Shown here piece after piece: positions 1-11,152 of a stretch of 64,000 nt of DNA. The stretch is taken from contig CAVVTZ010000009.1 in assembly GCA_963751275.1 (NCBI GenBank), positions 352,001 through 416,000 of the forward strand. The letters are read 5' to 3'. The notes beneath the pieces were generated by a model. The model made no database searches and was not told the DNA's origin. It saw only the letters and a program-made list of their open reading frames with translations. Position 1 is the first letter of the stretch. The number at the start of each line of letters is the position of its first letter. The stretch is from an uncultured Gemmatimonadaceae bacterium. Lineage in GTDB: Bacteria; Gemmatimonadota; Gemmatimonadetes; Gemmatimonadales; Gemmatimonadaceae. A program made the position numbers and the translations under genes.

Positions 1-348
1 GGTGTCGGGCAGGCTGGAGAGGTCGCCGGAGGCCACGCGCTCGGCGCTCTCGGCGAGCACCGCGGCGGGATCGGTCACGCGCCGCGCGACGTAGCGGCTC
101 ATGGCCCAGAGCAGGAGCTGGATGAGCGCGAGGATGAAGGCGGCGCCCAGCATGATGCGGTCGTGCGCGGCATCGTATTCGTCGATCGGCCGGCCGGCGA
201 GGAGCGTGTCCACCCAGCGCATGAGCGCCCACGCGAGCGTGCCGACGACGGCGAGCGAGACGATGCCGAGCATCGCGGCGATGCGCGCCTGGATGCCGCG
301 CTGGAGGCGCGCTCGCTTGTGGGGCTTGGTCGTGCGGCTAGATTTCAC
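1..348 (-). CDS. Membrane sensor (two TM helices + HAMP domain; chemoreceptor or histidine kinase), N-terminal part, runs off the window edge
   Basis: Not in the ORF track. Manual translation gives ...IAAMLGIVSLAVVGTLAWALMRW...IMLGAAFILALIQLLLWAMSRYVARRVTDPAAVLAESAERVASGDLS, i.e. TM-loop-TM then a HAMP-like 'P...L...A.R.A.GDL' motif. Start is GTG 348 or ATG 273. Confidence 0.75.
   Translation of the reverse strand, partial: MKSSRTTKPHKRARLQRGIQARIAAMLGIVSLAVVGTLAWALMRWVDTLLAGRPIDEYDAAHDRIMLGAAFILALIQLLLWAMSRYVARRVTDPAAVLAESAERVASGDLSSLPDT
317..344 (+). promoter_or_regulatory. Putative sigma70 promoter of leuS
   Basis: TTGTGG (317-322), 16-nt spacer, TAGATT (339-344), 12 nt before the leuS ATG. 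Confidence 0.45.
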
Positions 349-356
349 GGCCCACC

Positions 357-2797
357 ATGACACACTCCGCGTCCGGTCAGGATCCAGAGAACGAGCACCC
401 GTACGAGCCGACGGCCATCGAGAAGAAATGGCAGGAGCGGTGGGAGCAGGCGCGCACCAATTCGCCCGATCTCGATCACGCTCCGCGGCCGTACTACCAG
501 CTGATGATGTTCCCCTATCCGAGTGCCGAGGGGCTGCACGTCGGCAACGTGTTCGCGTTCACGGGGAACGACATCCATGGACGATTCCAGCGGCTGAAGG
601 GGCACAGCGTGTTCGAGCCGATCGGCTTCGACGCGTTCGGCATCCACTCCGAGAATCACGCGCTGAAGACGGGGACGCATCCGGGGGATCTGATCCCGCG
701 GAACATCGCGAATTTCCGGCGGCAGCTGCGCCGTGTGGGGCTGATGGTGGACTGGACGCGCGAGCTGAGCACGACCGATCCGCGCTACTACAAGTGGACG
801 CAGTGGATCTTCCTGCAGCTGCTGCGGCGCGGGCTCGCGTACAAGAAGGAAGCGGCGGTGAACTGGTGCCCGTTCGACAAGACCGTGCTCGCGAACGAGC
901 AGGTGGAGCACGGTCTGTGCGAGCGCTGCGGCACGAAGGTGGAGCAGCGGCGGCTGGCGCAGTGGTTCTTCCGGATCAGCGACTACGCGCCGCGGCTGCT
1001 CGCGAACCTCGACGTCATCGACTGGAGCGCGACCACGACCACGGCGCAGCGGAACTGGATCGGCCGCTCCGAGGGGGCGGCGATCTCGTTCGCGACGGAG
1101 GGCGGCGAGTCGATCGAGGTGTTCACGACGCGCCCCGACACGATCTTCGGCGCGACGTATCTCGTGCTCGCGCCGGAGCATCCGCTGCTGCAGTCGATCA
1201 CCACGGCGGCGAAGCGCACCGAGGTGGATGCGTACCGCGAGCACAGCACCAAGCAGGACCTGGTGGCGCGCAAGACCAACAAGAAGAAGACGGGCGCGTT
1301 CACGGGCGCGTATGCGGTGAATCCCGCGACGGGCGGGAAGATCCCGGTGTGGACGGCGGACTACGTGCTCATGGAGTACGGCACGGGCGCGATCATGGCG
1401 GTGCCGGGGCACGACGAGCGCGACTTCGAGTTCGCGTCGGCGTTCGAACTCCCGATCGTGCGCGTCGTGGCCTCGGAGGGCGACGGCGCGCGCACGCCGC
1501 TGGCCGAGCCGTTCGTCGGCGACGGCCGTCTCGTGAACTCGGCGGAGTTCGATGGCATGTCAAGCGAGGCGGCCATACGGAAGATCACGGAGTGGCTGGC
1601 GGAGCGGGGGACCGCGCGTGCCGTGACGAATTATCGTCTCCACGATTGGTGCATCTCGCGGCAGCGGTATTGGGGGCCGCCCATCCCGATCATCTACTGC
1701 GATGAGTGCGGGATGCAGGCCGTGCCGGAGAAGGACCTGCCGGTGATGCTGCCGCACATCGACGATTTCCGCCCCGACGATACGGGGGTGAGCCCGCTGG
1801 CGCGCCACGAGGAGTGGTACCGCGTGCCGTGCCCCGAGTGCGGCAAGATGGCGCGCCGCGAGACCGATGTGAGTGACACCTTCCTGGACAGTGCGTGGTA
1901 TTTCCTGCGCTATCCGTGCACCGAGTACGACGACGTGCCGTTCGACCGCGGCGCGGATCAAGCGGTGGCTGCCGGTGGATTCGTACATCGGCGGCAACGA
2001 GCACGCGGTGCTGCACCTGCTGTACACGCGGTTCATCACGATGGTGCTGCACGACGCCGGAGTATCTCGAATTCGAGGAGCCGTTCAAGAAGTTCCGCGC
2101 GCACGGGCTGATCATCCGCGACGGCGCGAAGATGTCGAAGACGAAGGGGAACGTGGTGAACCCCGACGATTATCTCGATCGCTGGGGGGCGGACGCGTTC
2201 CGGACGTATCTGATGTTCCTGGGTCCGTTCGACGAGGGCGGGGACTTCCGCGATCAGGGGATCTCGGGGGTCGCGCGCTTCCTGGACCGGCTGTGGGCAT
2301 CGGTGCACGATGCGACCGCCGTGGGCGCCCCCGACGCGGCGGTGATGCGCAAGCTGCACCAGACGATCAAGAAGGTGGGGGAGGACATCCCCAAGCTGAG
2401 CTACAACACGGCGATCGCGGCGATGATGGAATACATGAACACGCTGCGCGCGGGCGAGCGCGCGGTGCATCGCGCGGAGGTGGAGCCGCTCGTGCCGCTG
2501 GTGGCGCCTTTCGCGCCGCACATCGCCGAGGAGCTGTGGGAGCGGCTCGGCCACACGACGGGCGTATTCGAGGGGACGTGGCCCGCCTATGACGAGAAGA
2601 TGATCGTCGAGGACGAAGTGGAGCTGGCCGTGCAGGTGAACGGCAAGCTGCGCGGCACCGTGCGCGTGGCGAAGACCATCGCGCAGGCCGACGCGCTGGC
2701 GCTCGCGATGAAGGATCCGGCCATCGCGAAATTCGTGACGGGGCCGACGAAGAAGGTGGTGTTCGTGCCGGGGCGGCTGTTGAATCTGGTGGTGTAG
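357..2797 (+). CDS. leuS: Leucine--tRNA ligase (two apparent frameshifts near 1950 and 2060)
   Basis: [14 protein letters not shown] (HIGH-type motif), FTTRPDT editing domain, [33 protein letters not shown] and C-terminal VQVNGKLRG, spread over ORFs 357.., 1873.. and 1895..2797. Confidence 0.97.
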
Positions 2798-2812
2798 TTC
2801 GCGGGATCCTTT

Positions 2813-2953
2813 ATCATGTCCATCATGTTCATCCTGTCAGATGCAGTTCCGAGAGATGGCAGGGGACTGCTTTGACAGGATGAACATGATGGACATGATG
2901 GTTTTCCAGGGGAAAGATCTTGGACCCAGGACTCGCCCCCTCGTGGCCGGAGT
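2813..2953. repeat. Palindromic element family A, copy 1
   Basis: Perfect 27-bp inverted repeat ATCATGTCCATCATGTTCATCCTGTCA (2813-2839 / 2873-2899) made of three 9-nt units, with an inner stem GCAGTTCC/GGGACTGC and a roughly 55-nt tail homologous to copy 2. Confidence 0.9.
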
Positions 2954-2974
2954 CATCACGTCCAACTTCTGCCG

Positions 2975-4515
2975 TTACTTCGCCTCGCGCCGGATGACTT
3001 TCCCCGGATACGCCCCACTCGCCTTCCCGAACTCATACACCACGACGCCGTTCACCCACACGCTGCGGATCCCGCTGCTCACAGCGTGTGGCTCGGCGAG
3101 CGTCGCGCGGTCGGCCACGGTGGCGGGATCGAACAGCACGAGATCGGCGTACATGCCCACGCTCACCCGCCCGCGGTCCTTGATCCCCATGTTCGCCGCC
3201 GCGAGGGTGGTCATCTTCCGGATCGCCTCCTCCAGCGTGATCACATGCCGCTCGCGCACGTACACGCCCAGCACGCGCGTGAACGCGCCGTAGCCGCGCG
3301 GATGCTTGCCATCGAGCTCGCCGTCGGATGAAATGTTGCTCCACGGCCATTTCAGAATGGCCTCGATGTCCGGCTCGATCATGCTCGTGCCGATCACGGT
3401 CTCCTCGCCGTCGCCGCCCGGCACCTTGCCCGCCGCCTCGGCGTCGCGGATCAAGCGTCATCAGTGCGGTCGTGTCGTCCTCGTGCCGGAGCACGGCGAT
3501 CTGCTGCAGCGTCTTGCCGTCGTACGAGCGATTGGGGCCATAGTGCGTGAGCAGCAGGCCATCGCTCGGCGACACCTGCTCGAGCGCGAACGCCGCCGAG
3601 TTCCGGTTGTCGAAATCGCGCGCGGGGAAGAGCACCGTGAGCGTACTCTGCCAGTACGCGTAAGGATAGACGTCTGCGGTGATGTTTACTCCTTCCGCCC
3701 GCGCCCGGTTCAACATGCTGAGCAGCGAATCGTGCATCCCCCAGATCGCCTTCATCGCGAGCTTGGTGTGCGACACCTGTACCGGGAGGAAGTCGTGCCG
3801 TCCGATGGCGATGATCTCGTTGATCGCGGCCCAGAAGTAGCGGTCCTCGCTGCGCACGTGGCTGATGTAGCGGCCGTTCATGTGGTCGAGCGGCTTGGCG
3901 AGCGTGAACAGTTCGGTGCTGTCGGAGTAGATGCCCGGGTCGTACTCGAGGCCCGTCGAGAGGCCGAGCGCGCCCGCCTTCATCTCGTCGTCCAGCAGCT
4001 CGCCCATCTTCTGCACTTCCTGCGGCGACGACACGCGGCGGAAGTCGTTGCCGAGCACTTTGCCGCGCAGGGTCCCGTGGCCCACGTAGCTCGCGATGTT
4101 GACGGCGGCCGGCGTCGCTTGCAGCTTGGCGAAGAATCCCGCCAGCGGAAAGACGGATTCGCCGTCCTGCCCGACGATCACGGTGGTCACGCCCTGGCTC
4201 ACATCGGCCAGCGCATCGCGGTGCTCGAAGATCTGGTCGTCGGCGTGGCTGTGCGTGTCGATGAATCCCGGGGCGAGCACGAGGCCGTTGCGAAGACGAC
4301 CTGGACTCGCCCTGGCGCTGATGCAGCTGGCCGATGTCGGCGATGCGGTCGCCGATGATGCGCACGTCCTCGATCACGGCGGGGCGGCCGGTGCCGTCGA
4401 GTACGCGCGCGCCGGAAATGAGCGTGGACTGCGCGGCGGCCGTGACCGGAGCCGCGAGGAGGGCGATGGCGACGACCCGGTATGTATCGTACAGCGCGGT
4501 CCGCAGCTGGGACAT
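2975..4515 (-). CDS. N-acyl-D-amino-acid deacylase / D-aminoacylase family amidohydrolase, probably exported (frameshifts near 4290 and 3452)
   Basis: Signal-like N-terminus, ISGARVLDGTG, LAPGFIDTHSH, GVTTVIVGQDG, GALGLSTGLEY, HPRGYGAFTRVLG, GMYADLVLFDP. Confidence 0.88.
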
Positions 4516-4600
4516 GAGTCCGCGGCTCACTGCGTGGATCACTCCGGAATGAGTGTCTCCAATATGCGCGCCCGCATTCGCCGGGGGAACCCGCGGGCGG

Positions 4601-5732
4601 TCACCGCAGCAGCTGCGCCACCCACTCGCCCGCGTAGTACCCGATCACCGCCACGCCGAGGCCGACGACGAGCATGTCGAACCCCGAACGGAAGATCCCG
4701 CGGCCCGTGAACACCGACCGCGCGCCGCCCACGAGGAAGTGCGACAGCATCGCGACCGCGAACGACGTGATCATCGCCGCGAGCCCCGTGAAGAACAGGA
4801 AGGGCAGCACCGGAATGAGTGCGCCGATCGCCGTCGCGAGCCCCGGTGATCCAGCCCTCGCGCAGCGGCGACAGCGTCATCTCGCCGATCTTCAGCTCTT
4901 CCTGCACCTGCTCCTGCAGCATGCGCTGCGGATCGCGCATCACGTCGCTCGCCAGCGTGTGCGCCGCGGCGCGGTCCATTCCCTTCGCCTCGTAGATGAG
5001 TGCGAGCTCGTCGCGCTCCACCTCGGGCATCAGCTCCACCTCGGTCTTCTCCATCGCGATCTCGTGCTCGTACACCTCGCGCTCGCTCTTCGCCGCGAGG
5101 TAGCCGCTCGCGCCCATCGACAGCGCGTCGGCGATGATGCCGGCCACGCCCGCGAGCACCACGGTGTCGTGCTGCGCCGCGGCCGTCGCGCCGATCATGC
5201 CGGCGACGAGGCCGAAGTTCGCGGTGAGCCCGTCGTTGAAGCCATACACCACATTGCGCAGCAGTCCGCCGCTCTCCGCGCGGTGCCATGGCTCGCCCGC
5301 GCGGCCGGCGATCGTGCCGAGCGTGGTCGCGTGGTCGGCGCTCTCGCGCGCGAGCGTGAGCGCCTCGCTCTTGCCGGCCACGCCCGCCGGCGTCTCGCGG
5401 TGCATGGCGAGATAGCCCTTCACCTCGCGCCCCTCTTCGGCGAGCAGCATGGGCAGGAGGAACTTGGGGCCGAAGCTGCGCCCGAGGAACGCGAGCACGC
5501 GCGCGCGGCCGCTGGGGCGGAAGGGCTTGGGCGGCATGCCGCCGCGCGTCAGCAGATCGCCCCAGATGGCGACGTGCCGCTCCTCCACCTGCGCGAGGCG
5601 CAGATAGAGGTCCTTCTTCTTCGCGTCCGACTCCGCGTCGCTCAGGATGCGGTAGAGGAAGGCGGCGTCGGCTTCGTCCTGCCAGTGATGGGCGAAGGTA
5701 TGCAGGTCGGGCTGGGCGGCTGGCTGTGGCAT
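4601..5732 (-). CDS. Ferritin-like (rubrerythrin)-VIT1/CCC1 iron transporter fusion, MbfA-like (frameshift near 4845)
   Basis: N-terminal ExxH motifs (EERH, ESADH) followed by the VIT1 signature LRNVVYGFNDGLTANFGLVAG...ALSMGASGYLAAKSE. Confidence 0.85.
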
Positions 5733-5849
5733 GGCGCAATATCGCACCCGCGAAGGGGGTCGGGAACGGCCCCGGCAACCCCCGGCGGTGTCCCGGTGAC
5801 CTATCATCGACAGCGCAGGCCAATTCCTTCCATTGCTCGAGAGGCTCCC

Positions 5850-7265
5850 ATGCGGTCGTCCGCTCTGATACTCGGTCTCTTCACCGTCGCGCTCGGCGCG
5901 CAAGCGCAGGACGCGGCGCCCACGCCGGCGCCCACGCCGCGCGCGTCGAACTACCGGTTCGTCCGCACCGACGACATGGGCGACCGCGCGGTGCTCGGCA
6001 TCAACACGTCGGGTGGCAGCAAGCGCGACACGCTCGGTCTGCTCATCTCGAGCGTCACGCCGGGCGGCCCCGCGGAGAAGGCGGGACTCACGGAAGGCGA
6101 CCGGATCGTGTCGATCAACGGCACGTCGCTCAAGGTGTCGCCGTCCGACGCGGGCGAGCCGGAAATGAGCGGCCTGATGTCGCGCCGCCTCGTGCGCACG
6201 ATGTCGGACCTCACGGCGGGCGACGAAGTGACGCTCGTCGTGCTGAGCAACGGCAGCACCAAGACCGTGAAGGTGAAGACCATCGCGATGGACGATCTCA
6301 ATGACGGCAAGATGAAGAAGAAGTCCAGTGATCGCGCCGTGATCGGCGTCGGCTTCGGCGGCGGAAGCGTGCGCGACACGCTCGGCCTGTTCATCGAGAG
6401 CGTGACGGCGGGCGGTCCGGCCGACAAGGCGGGGATCCAGGAAGGGATGCGCATCGCGTCGATCAACGGCGTGGACCTGCGGGTGTCCGCCGCGGATGCG
6501 GCGGATGGCTCGCTGACCTGGGCGAAGCAGGAGCGCCTCACGCGCGTGCTCAATGGGCTCAATCCGGGCGACGCGGTGGAGCTGAAGGTGTGGGCCGACG
6601 GCAGCTGGAAGACGGTCAAAGTCACGACGGTGAAGTCGTCGGACCTCTACGGCAAGAACAGCGATGCGTGGCAGAAGTACGCGGAGAGCATGTCGATGAT
6701 GGCGCCGCGCGTGCGGGTGGACATGGCGCCGATGGCGCCCATGCCCCCGATGCCGCCCATGGCGCCGATGGCGCCGATGCCGCCGATGCGCATGAACATG
6801 AGGATGGTGCCGGATTACGGCGGCTCCACGACGATGACCTGCACCTCGCAGGGTGACGGCACGACGATCTGCAGGAGCACGGGAAGGGGCCAGAGCTCAG
6901 GGGGCAACAAGTACTACGTGAATCCCGACAACGCACCGGGTGCGAGCCGCGCGCCGGCGGCGATGGCCTACTCGAACAGTGACACCGACAACGACACCGA
7001 CATCAACTTCCCGGGCCTGCGCATGACGACGGTGACGCCCGATCTCGCCGGCTACTTCGGTGCGGGCAGCGAGAACGGCCTGCTCGTGCTCGAGGCGTCC
7101 GATGAGTGGGCGCCGGTGAAGACGGGCGACGTGGTGCTCACGCTCAACGGCCGCGCCGTGGTGAAGAACAAGACCACGTCCGTGTCGCTCGACACGGGGC
7201 GCGACAACACGTTCGTCGTGCTACGGAAGGGGAAGAAGATCACTGTCGTGGTGAAAGCGAGATAA
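5850..7265 (+). CDS. Exported multi-PDZ-domain protein with Met/Pro-rich linker
   Basis: Signal peptide MRSSALILGLFTVALGAQA. PDZ repeats (GLLISSVTPGGPAEKAGLTEGDRIVSING; GLFIESVTAGGPADKAGIQEGMRIASING; a third C-terminal PDZ-like unit). No protease motif seen. Confidence 0.85.
   Translation: MRSSALILGLFTVALGAQAQDAAPTPAPTPRASNYRFVRTDDMGDRAVLGINTSGGSKRDTLGLLISSVTPGGPAEKAGLTEGDRIVSINGTSLKVSPSDAGEPEMSGLMSRRLVRTMSDLTAGDEVTLVVLSNGSTKTVKVKTIAMDDLNDGKMKKKSSDRAVIGVGFGGGSVRDTLGLFIESVTAGGPADKAGIQEGMRIASINGVDLRVSAADAADGSLTWAKQERLTRVLNGLNPGDAVELKVWADGSWKTVKVTTVKSSDLYGKNSDAWQKYAESMSMMAPRVRVDMAPMAPMPPMPPMAPMAPMPPMRMNMRMVPDYGGSTTMTCTSQGDGTTICRSTGRGQSSGGNKYYVNPDNAPGASRAPAAMAYSNSDTDNDTDINFPGLRMTTVTPDLAGYFGAGSENGLLVLEASDEWAPVKTGDVVLTLNGRAVVKNKTTSVSLDTGRDNTFVVLRKGKKITVVVKAR
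6723..6788 (+). repeat. Coding 9-nt tandem repeat (MAP/MPP x7)
   Basis: Seven ATG-(GCG/CCS)-CCS units encoding MAPMAPMPPMPPMAPMAPMPPM. Confidence 0.85.
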
Positions 7266-7278
7266 CGACCTAACGGCA

Positions 7279-7393
7279 GGCTGTCGGCTGGCGGCTGTCG
7301 TTCAAAGCCACGGCGGGCTGTGGGCTGTCGGCTGTCGGTGGCTGCGAACCCATGCTCGCAGGTGCCGCCAGCCGCCGGCCGACAGCCCGCCGT
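7279..7393. repeat. Palindromic element family D (GGCTGTC heptamers) between convergent genes
   Basis: Tandem GGCTGTC/GGCTGGC units at 7279-7299 and about 7316-7336, with complementary units at 7365-7387. Hairpin closed by ACGGCGGGCTGT (7310-7321) / ACAGCCCGCCGT (7382-7393). Confidence 0.75.
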
Positions 7394-7399
7394 ATCAGT

Positions 7400-8174
7400 T
7401 CAAAAGTGCCCCGCGTTCCACGTCAGCCCTGCAAACACGGAATGCGGGAGCGGCCCGCTCAGCGGGATGATCACGCCGGCATCGAGCACGAACCAATCGT
7501 GCATCTGGAACGTGGGCGCGGCGAGGAAGCCCACGAGCGGGGCGCTGCTGCCGGGGCCGCTCGTGCCGGGGAAGCCGAAGACTTCGCCGGTCCAGCCGAA
7601 CTTGCCGCGAACGGGACCCGCAGTGGATACCGTCCACAGCGTGGCCACGTGCGGGTAGTTGCCGGTGTAGGCGGGGGCGAAGGTCCCGAAGTTCACGTCG
7701 AGCTCCACGGGGCCGAGCTTCTGGCTCGAGATCAGAAGCACGGACCACACGGTGGTGTTGGCGCTGAGCGCCGCGGCGCCGGTGGGGAGCCGCACCGCCG
7801 GCTGCACCGCGAGCGCGCCCAGGAACGGCAGCGAATCGGCGATGCGCCACTTGAACGCGACCACGACATCGGTGAAGCCCTGCACGGCGCCGCTGTCACC
7901 GGTGCCGTGCGCCCACGGCGAACGTCGCCTCGATCTGCGTGCGGTGCGTGATGCCCACCTTGTACGTGGTGGGCGTCGAGAACAGTTGCGCACCATCTAG
8001 TCGGTCGAATTGGACGCCGAATTCCACCTCGGAATATCCCGGCCACACGGTGTACGCGTGCGTGGCGACGGTGGGGCGCTCCGGTTGCGCCGAGTGCGGA
8101 TCGCTCGCCTCCTGCGCGCCGAGCGCCGCGGCGGCCGCGAGCGCCAGCGCGGCGAGCGCCACGCCCGCGCGCAT
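7400..8174 (-). CDS. Putative outer-membrane beta-barrel transporter (MetA-pathway/phenol-degradation-like family; frameshift near 7915)
   Basis: Signal peptide [35 protein letters not shown] motif, alternating beta-strand pattern, C-terminal Phe. ATGA overlap with the kup stop. Confidence 0.6.
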
Positions 8175-10166
8175 CAGAACTCGATCTGCGCGCCGAGCTC
8201 CACGACGCGGTTCGGTGGCAGGCCGAAGAATTCCGTGGCGGCGCGCGCGTTCCGCGACATGAACACGAAGAGCTTCTTCCGCCAGAGCGGCATCTTGGAC
8301 GCGCCGGTGGGAATGAGTTGCTCGCGTCCCAGGAAGTAGCTCGTATCGCCCGGGCGCATGGTGATGCCGGCGGGCGCGCAGAGGCCGAGCACTTCGCGCA
8401 CGTTCGGCGTCTGCATGAAGCCGTAGCGCGCGATCACGCGGTAGAAGCCGTCGCCGAGCGGCGTGACGGCGGTGCGTTCGGTCGCCGGCACCTCGGGCAG
8501 GCCGGCGGTGATGACGGAGAGGAGGATCACCTGCTCGTGCAGCACCTTGTTGTGCTTGAGATGATGGAGCAGCACCACCGGCGCGCCCTGCGTGTCCGAC
8601 GTGAGGAACACCGCGGTGCCGCGCACGCGCACGGGCTTGCCCAGCCGCACGCTCTCCAGGAACTGGTCGATCGGCAGGCTCGCCTCGCGCAGCATCTCGC
8701 TGCACCTCGGCGCGCCCGCGCTTCCAGGTGGTGAGCATCACGTGACGACGATGGCCGCCACCGCGAGCGGGAACCAGCCGCCGTGCTCGATCTTCACCAC
8801 GTTCGCCGCGAGGAAGCGAGGTCGATGGTGAGGAACGAAGACGAGGAACAGATACGCGCGCCAGCGCGGCCAGTCGAGCTGCTGCCGCGCGATCACGGTG
8901 AACAGGACGGTCGTGATCGCCATCGTGCCGGTGACGGCGATGCCGTAGGCGGCCGCGAGCGTGGTCGAGGAGCGGAAGCCGAGCACGAGCGCGAGGCAGC
9001 CGATCGCGAGCGCCAGTTCACCTCGGGGATGTAGATCTGGCCCCTCGTGCTTGCGAGGTGTGCACGATCGTGACGCGCGGCGAGTAGCCGAGCTGCATCG
9101 CCTGCTGCGTGAGCGAGAAGGCGCCGGAGATGAGCGCCTGCGACGCGATGATCGCGGCGACGGTCGCGAGCAGCGACCATCGGGTAGAGCAGCGGCGCCG
9201 GCACGAGCCGGTAGAACGGGTTCGACGCCGCGCCGGCGTCGCGCAGCAGCAACGCGCCCTGCCCGAAGTAGTTGGCGAGCAGCGCCGGCAGCACGACCAC
9301 GAACCAGGCGAGCGGATCGGGCGGCGGCCGAAGTGTCCCATGTCGGCGTAGAGCGCCTCGGCGCCGGTGACGACGAGCACCACCGCGCCGAGCACGAGGA
9401 AGCCGTTCATGCCGTTCTCAGCGAAGAAGCGCGCGCCGTACAGCGGGTTGATCGCGCGCAGGATCGCGGGCTCACGCACGATCTCCATCACGCCGAACAC
9501 GCCGATCGAGATGAACCAGGCGAGCATGATCGGGCCGAAGACCTCGCCGATGCGGTCCGTGCCGAAGCGCTGAACGGCGAACAGGAACGCGAGGATCAAC
9601 AGACTGATCGGCACGACGACGCGCGCGAGCAGCGGGCTCGCCACTTCGAGCCCCTCCACCGCGCCGAGCACGGAGATGGCCGGGGTGATGATGCCGTCGC
9701 CGTAGAGCAGCGCGGCGCCGAAGAGGCCGAGCGTGGTGAGCACGGCGTACGCCTTGTGCTTGTTATCCATGCGCCGGTGGATCAACGCGAGCAGGGCGAG
9801 GATCCCGCCCTCGCCCATGTTGTCGGCGCGCATGATGTACAGGATGTACTTGAAGCTCACCACCAGCATCAGCGACCAGACGATGAGCGAGAGGACGCCG
9901 TAGACGTTCGGAATGCTCGGCTCGAGGCCGAGCGCGTGGCCGAAGCATTCCTTGAGCGCGTAGAGCGGGCTCGTGCCGATGTCGCCGTACACGACGCCGA
10001 GCGCCGTGAGCGAGAGGATCGCGAGCCGTTTGCCGGTGGGCTTCGCTTCGGGGCGGTGACGGTCGAGCATCACCGGGAATGCGCCGGAGACGGGGAAGGG
10101 GCCGGTGATCTCGGGAACGGCCGGCTTGGCGGCCGGCGGAGGAGGTGAGCCCGCGGCGTCGCTCAT
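8174..10166 (-). CDS. kup: KUP/HAK/KT potassium uptake protein (several frameshifts between about 8700 and 9310)
   Basis: [87 protein letters not shown]. Confidence 0.95.
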
Positions 10167-11152
10167 CGGGACAATGCGATCGCCGCGAGCGCGCGCTGCA
10201 CGTGCACGCGCACCATCTCCTTCCGCCACGCGAGGGTGTAGTCGGTGTTGTCCATCGGTTTCGCGGGGCGATAGGCGGCGTCGGCGGCGGCGGCGATGGC
10301 GTTCACCTCGAGGCGCGAGCCGACGAGGGCGGCGGCGGCCTCGGGGATCTCCTGCGGGTGCGACGCCACGGCGCCGAGGACGATGCGCGCCTCCTTCACC
10401 GTGCCGTCGTTCGCGCGCGACACCCACGCGGCGACGCCGAGCACCGGGAAGTCGAACGATCCGCGGCGGCGCAATTTCAGGTAGCTCGCGCGCCAGCCGT
10501 TCGGCGCGGGCAGGTGGTATGCGACGAGCAGTTCATCGGGCCGCTTGGTGAGGTACGCGATGCCGTCGTTCGCGTAGAGGTCCGCCGCGCGCACCGTGCG
10601 CTCGCCGCGCGCGCTCGCGAGCGTGACGCTCGCGCCCAGCGCCACCGCCACCGGAACGCCATCCGAACTCTGCACCGCCCAGCAGCGCGGGCTCGACGGC
10701 GCGACCCAGCAGATCTTGCCGTCCTTCTTCATGCAGTAGTCGATGGCGCTGCGCCACTCTTCCGTTTGATCGTAATAATTGCAGCGCGTGTCGAGCAGCA
10801 GATTGCCGCCGATGGTGCCCATGTGCCGCAGCGTGGGCGTGCTCACCACCTCGGCGGCGTGCGCGACCGCGGCGTACTTCGCGCGCACGAGCGGGTGGCG
10901 CGACACGGCCTCGAGCGACGCGCCGGCGCCGATCGTGAGGCCGCCGTCATTCGCGATGCGGATCTCCGCGAGCTCCTTGATCCGCGAGAGCGCAATGACG
11001 GTGGCGGGCGTCTGCTGGCGGCGTTTCATGTTCGGCCAGAGGTCGGTGCCGCCGGCCACGTAGCTCGCGTCGTCGCCGGCGTCGGCGCGCGCGCGCACGG
11101 CCTCGGCCACGGTGCGCGGCTCCACCAACGTGAAGCGCGGCAGGCGCAGCAT
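10163..11152 (-). CDS. Molybdenum hydroxylase family FAD subunit with [4Fe-4S] insert (4-hydroxybenzoyl-CoA reductase beta-like)
   Basis: YVAGGTDL and TLRHMGTIGGNL FAD motifs, plus a C-x15-C-x7-C-x8-C insert (TRCNYYDQTEEWRSAIDYCMKKDGKICWVAPSSPRC). Confidence 0.9.
   Translation of the reverse strand: MLRLPRFTLVEPRTVAEAVRARADAGDDASYVAGGTDLWPNMKRRQQTPATVIALSRIKELAEIRIANDGGLTIGAGASLEAVSRHPLVRAKYAAVAHAAEVVSTPTLRHMGTIGGNLLLDTRCNYYDQTEEWRSAIDYCMKKDGKICWVAPSSPRCWAVQSSDGVPVAVALGASVTLASARGERTVRAADLYANDGIAYLTKRPDELLVAYHLPAPNGWRASYLKLRRRGSFDFPVLGVAAWVSRANDGTVKEARIVLGAVASHPQEIPEAAAALVGSRLEVNAIAAAADAAYRPAKPMDNTDYTLAWRKEMVRVHVQRALAAIALSR

Noticed and set aside
290..356. T-box or attenuator upstream of leuS
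   Set aside because: The leader is too short (divergent gene immediately upstream) and has no T-box motif or terminator.
357..2797. leuS as a pseudogene, a naturally split LeuRS, or a programmed frameshift
   Set aside because: All catalytic motifs are intact, no slippery sequence is evident at the shifts, and similar indels hit many unrelated genes. Sequencing error is more parsimonious.
2841..3293. Short ORFs with Met-rich or odd periodic peptides (MNMMDMM, REPITGNR, RLTPHG; also 2587..2832, 51137..51661, 44479..)
   Set aside because: They are translations of the palindromic repeat elements plus antisense coding DNA, not credible proteins.
4674..5849. N-terminal extensions in the ORF track (863-aa PDZ ORF, 871-aa amidohydrolase ORF 40494..43109, 780-aa POP, 501-aa EmrA and M48) as novel fusions
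   Set aside because: The extensions overlap other real genes or repeats. Signal peptides or SD sites mark internal starts, so they are read-through of open frames, not fusions.
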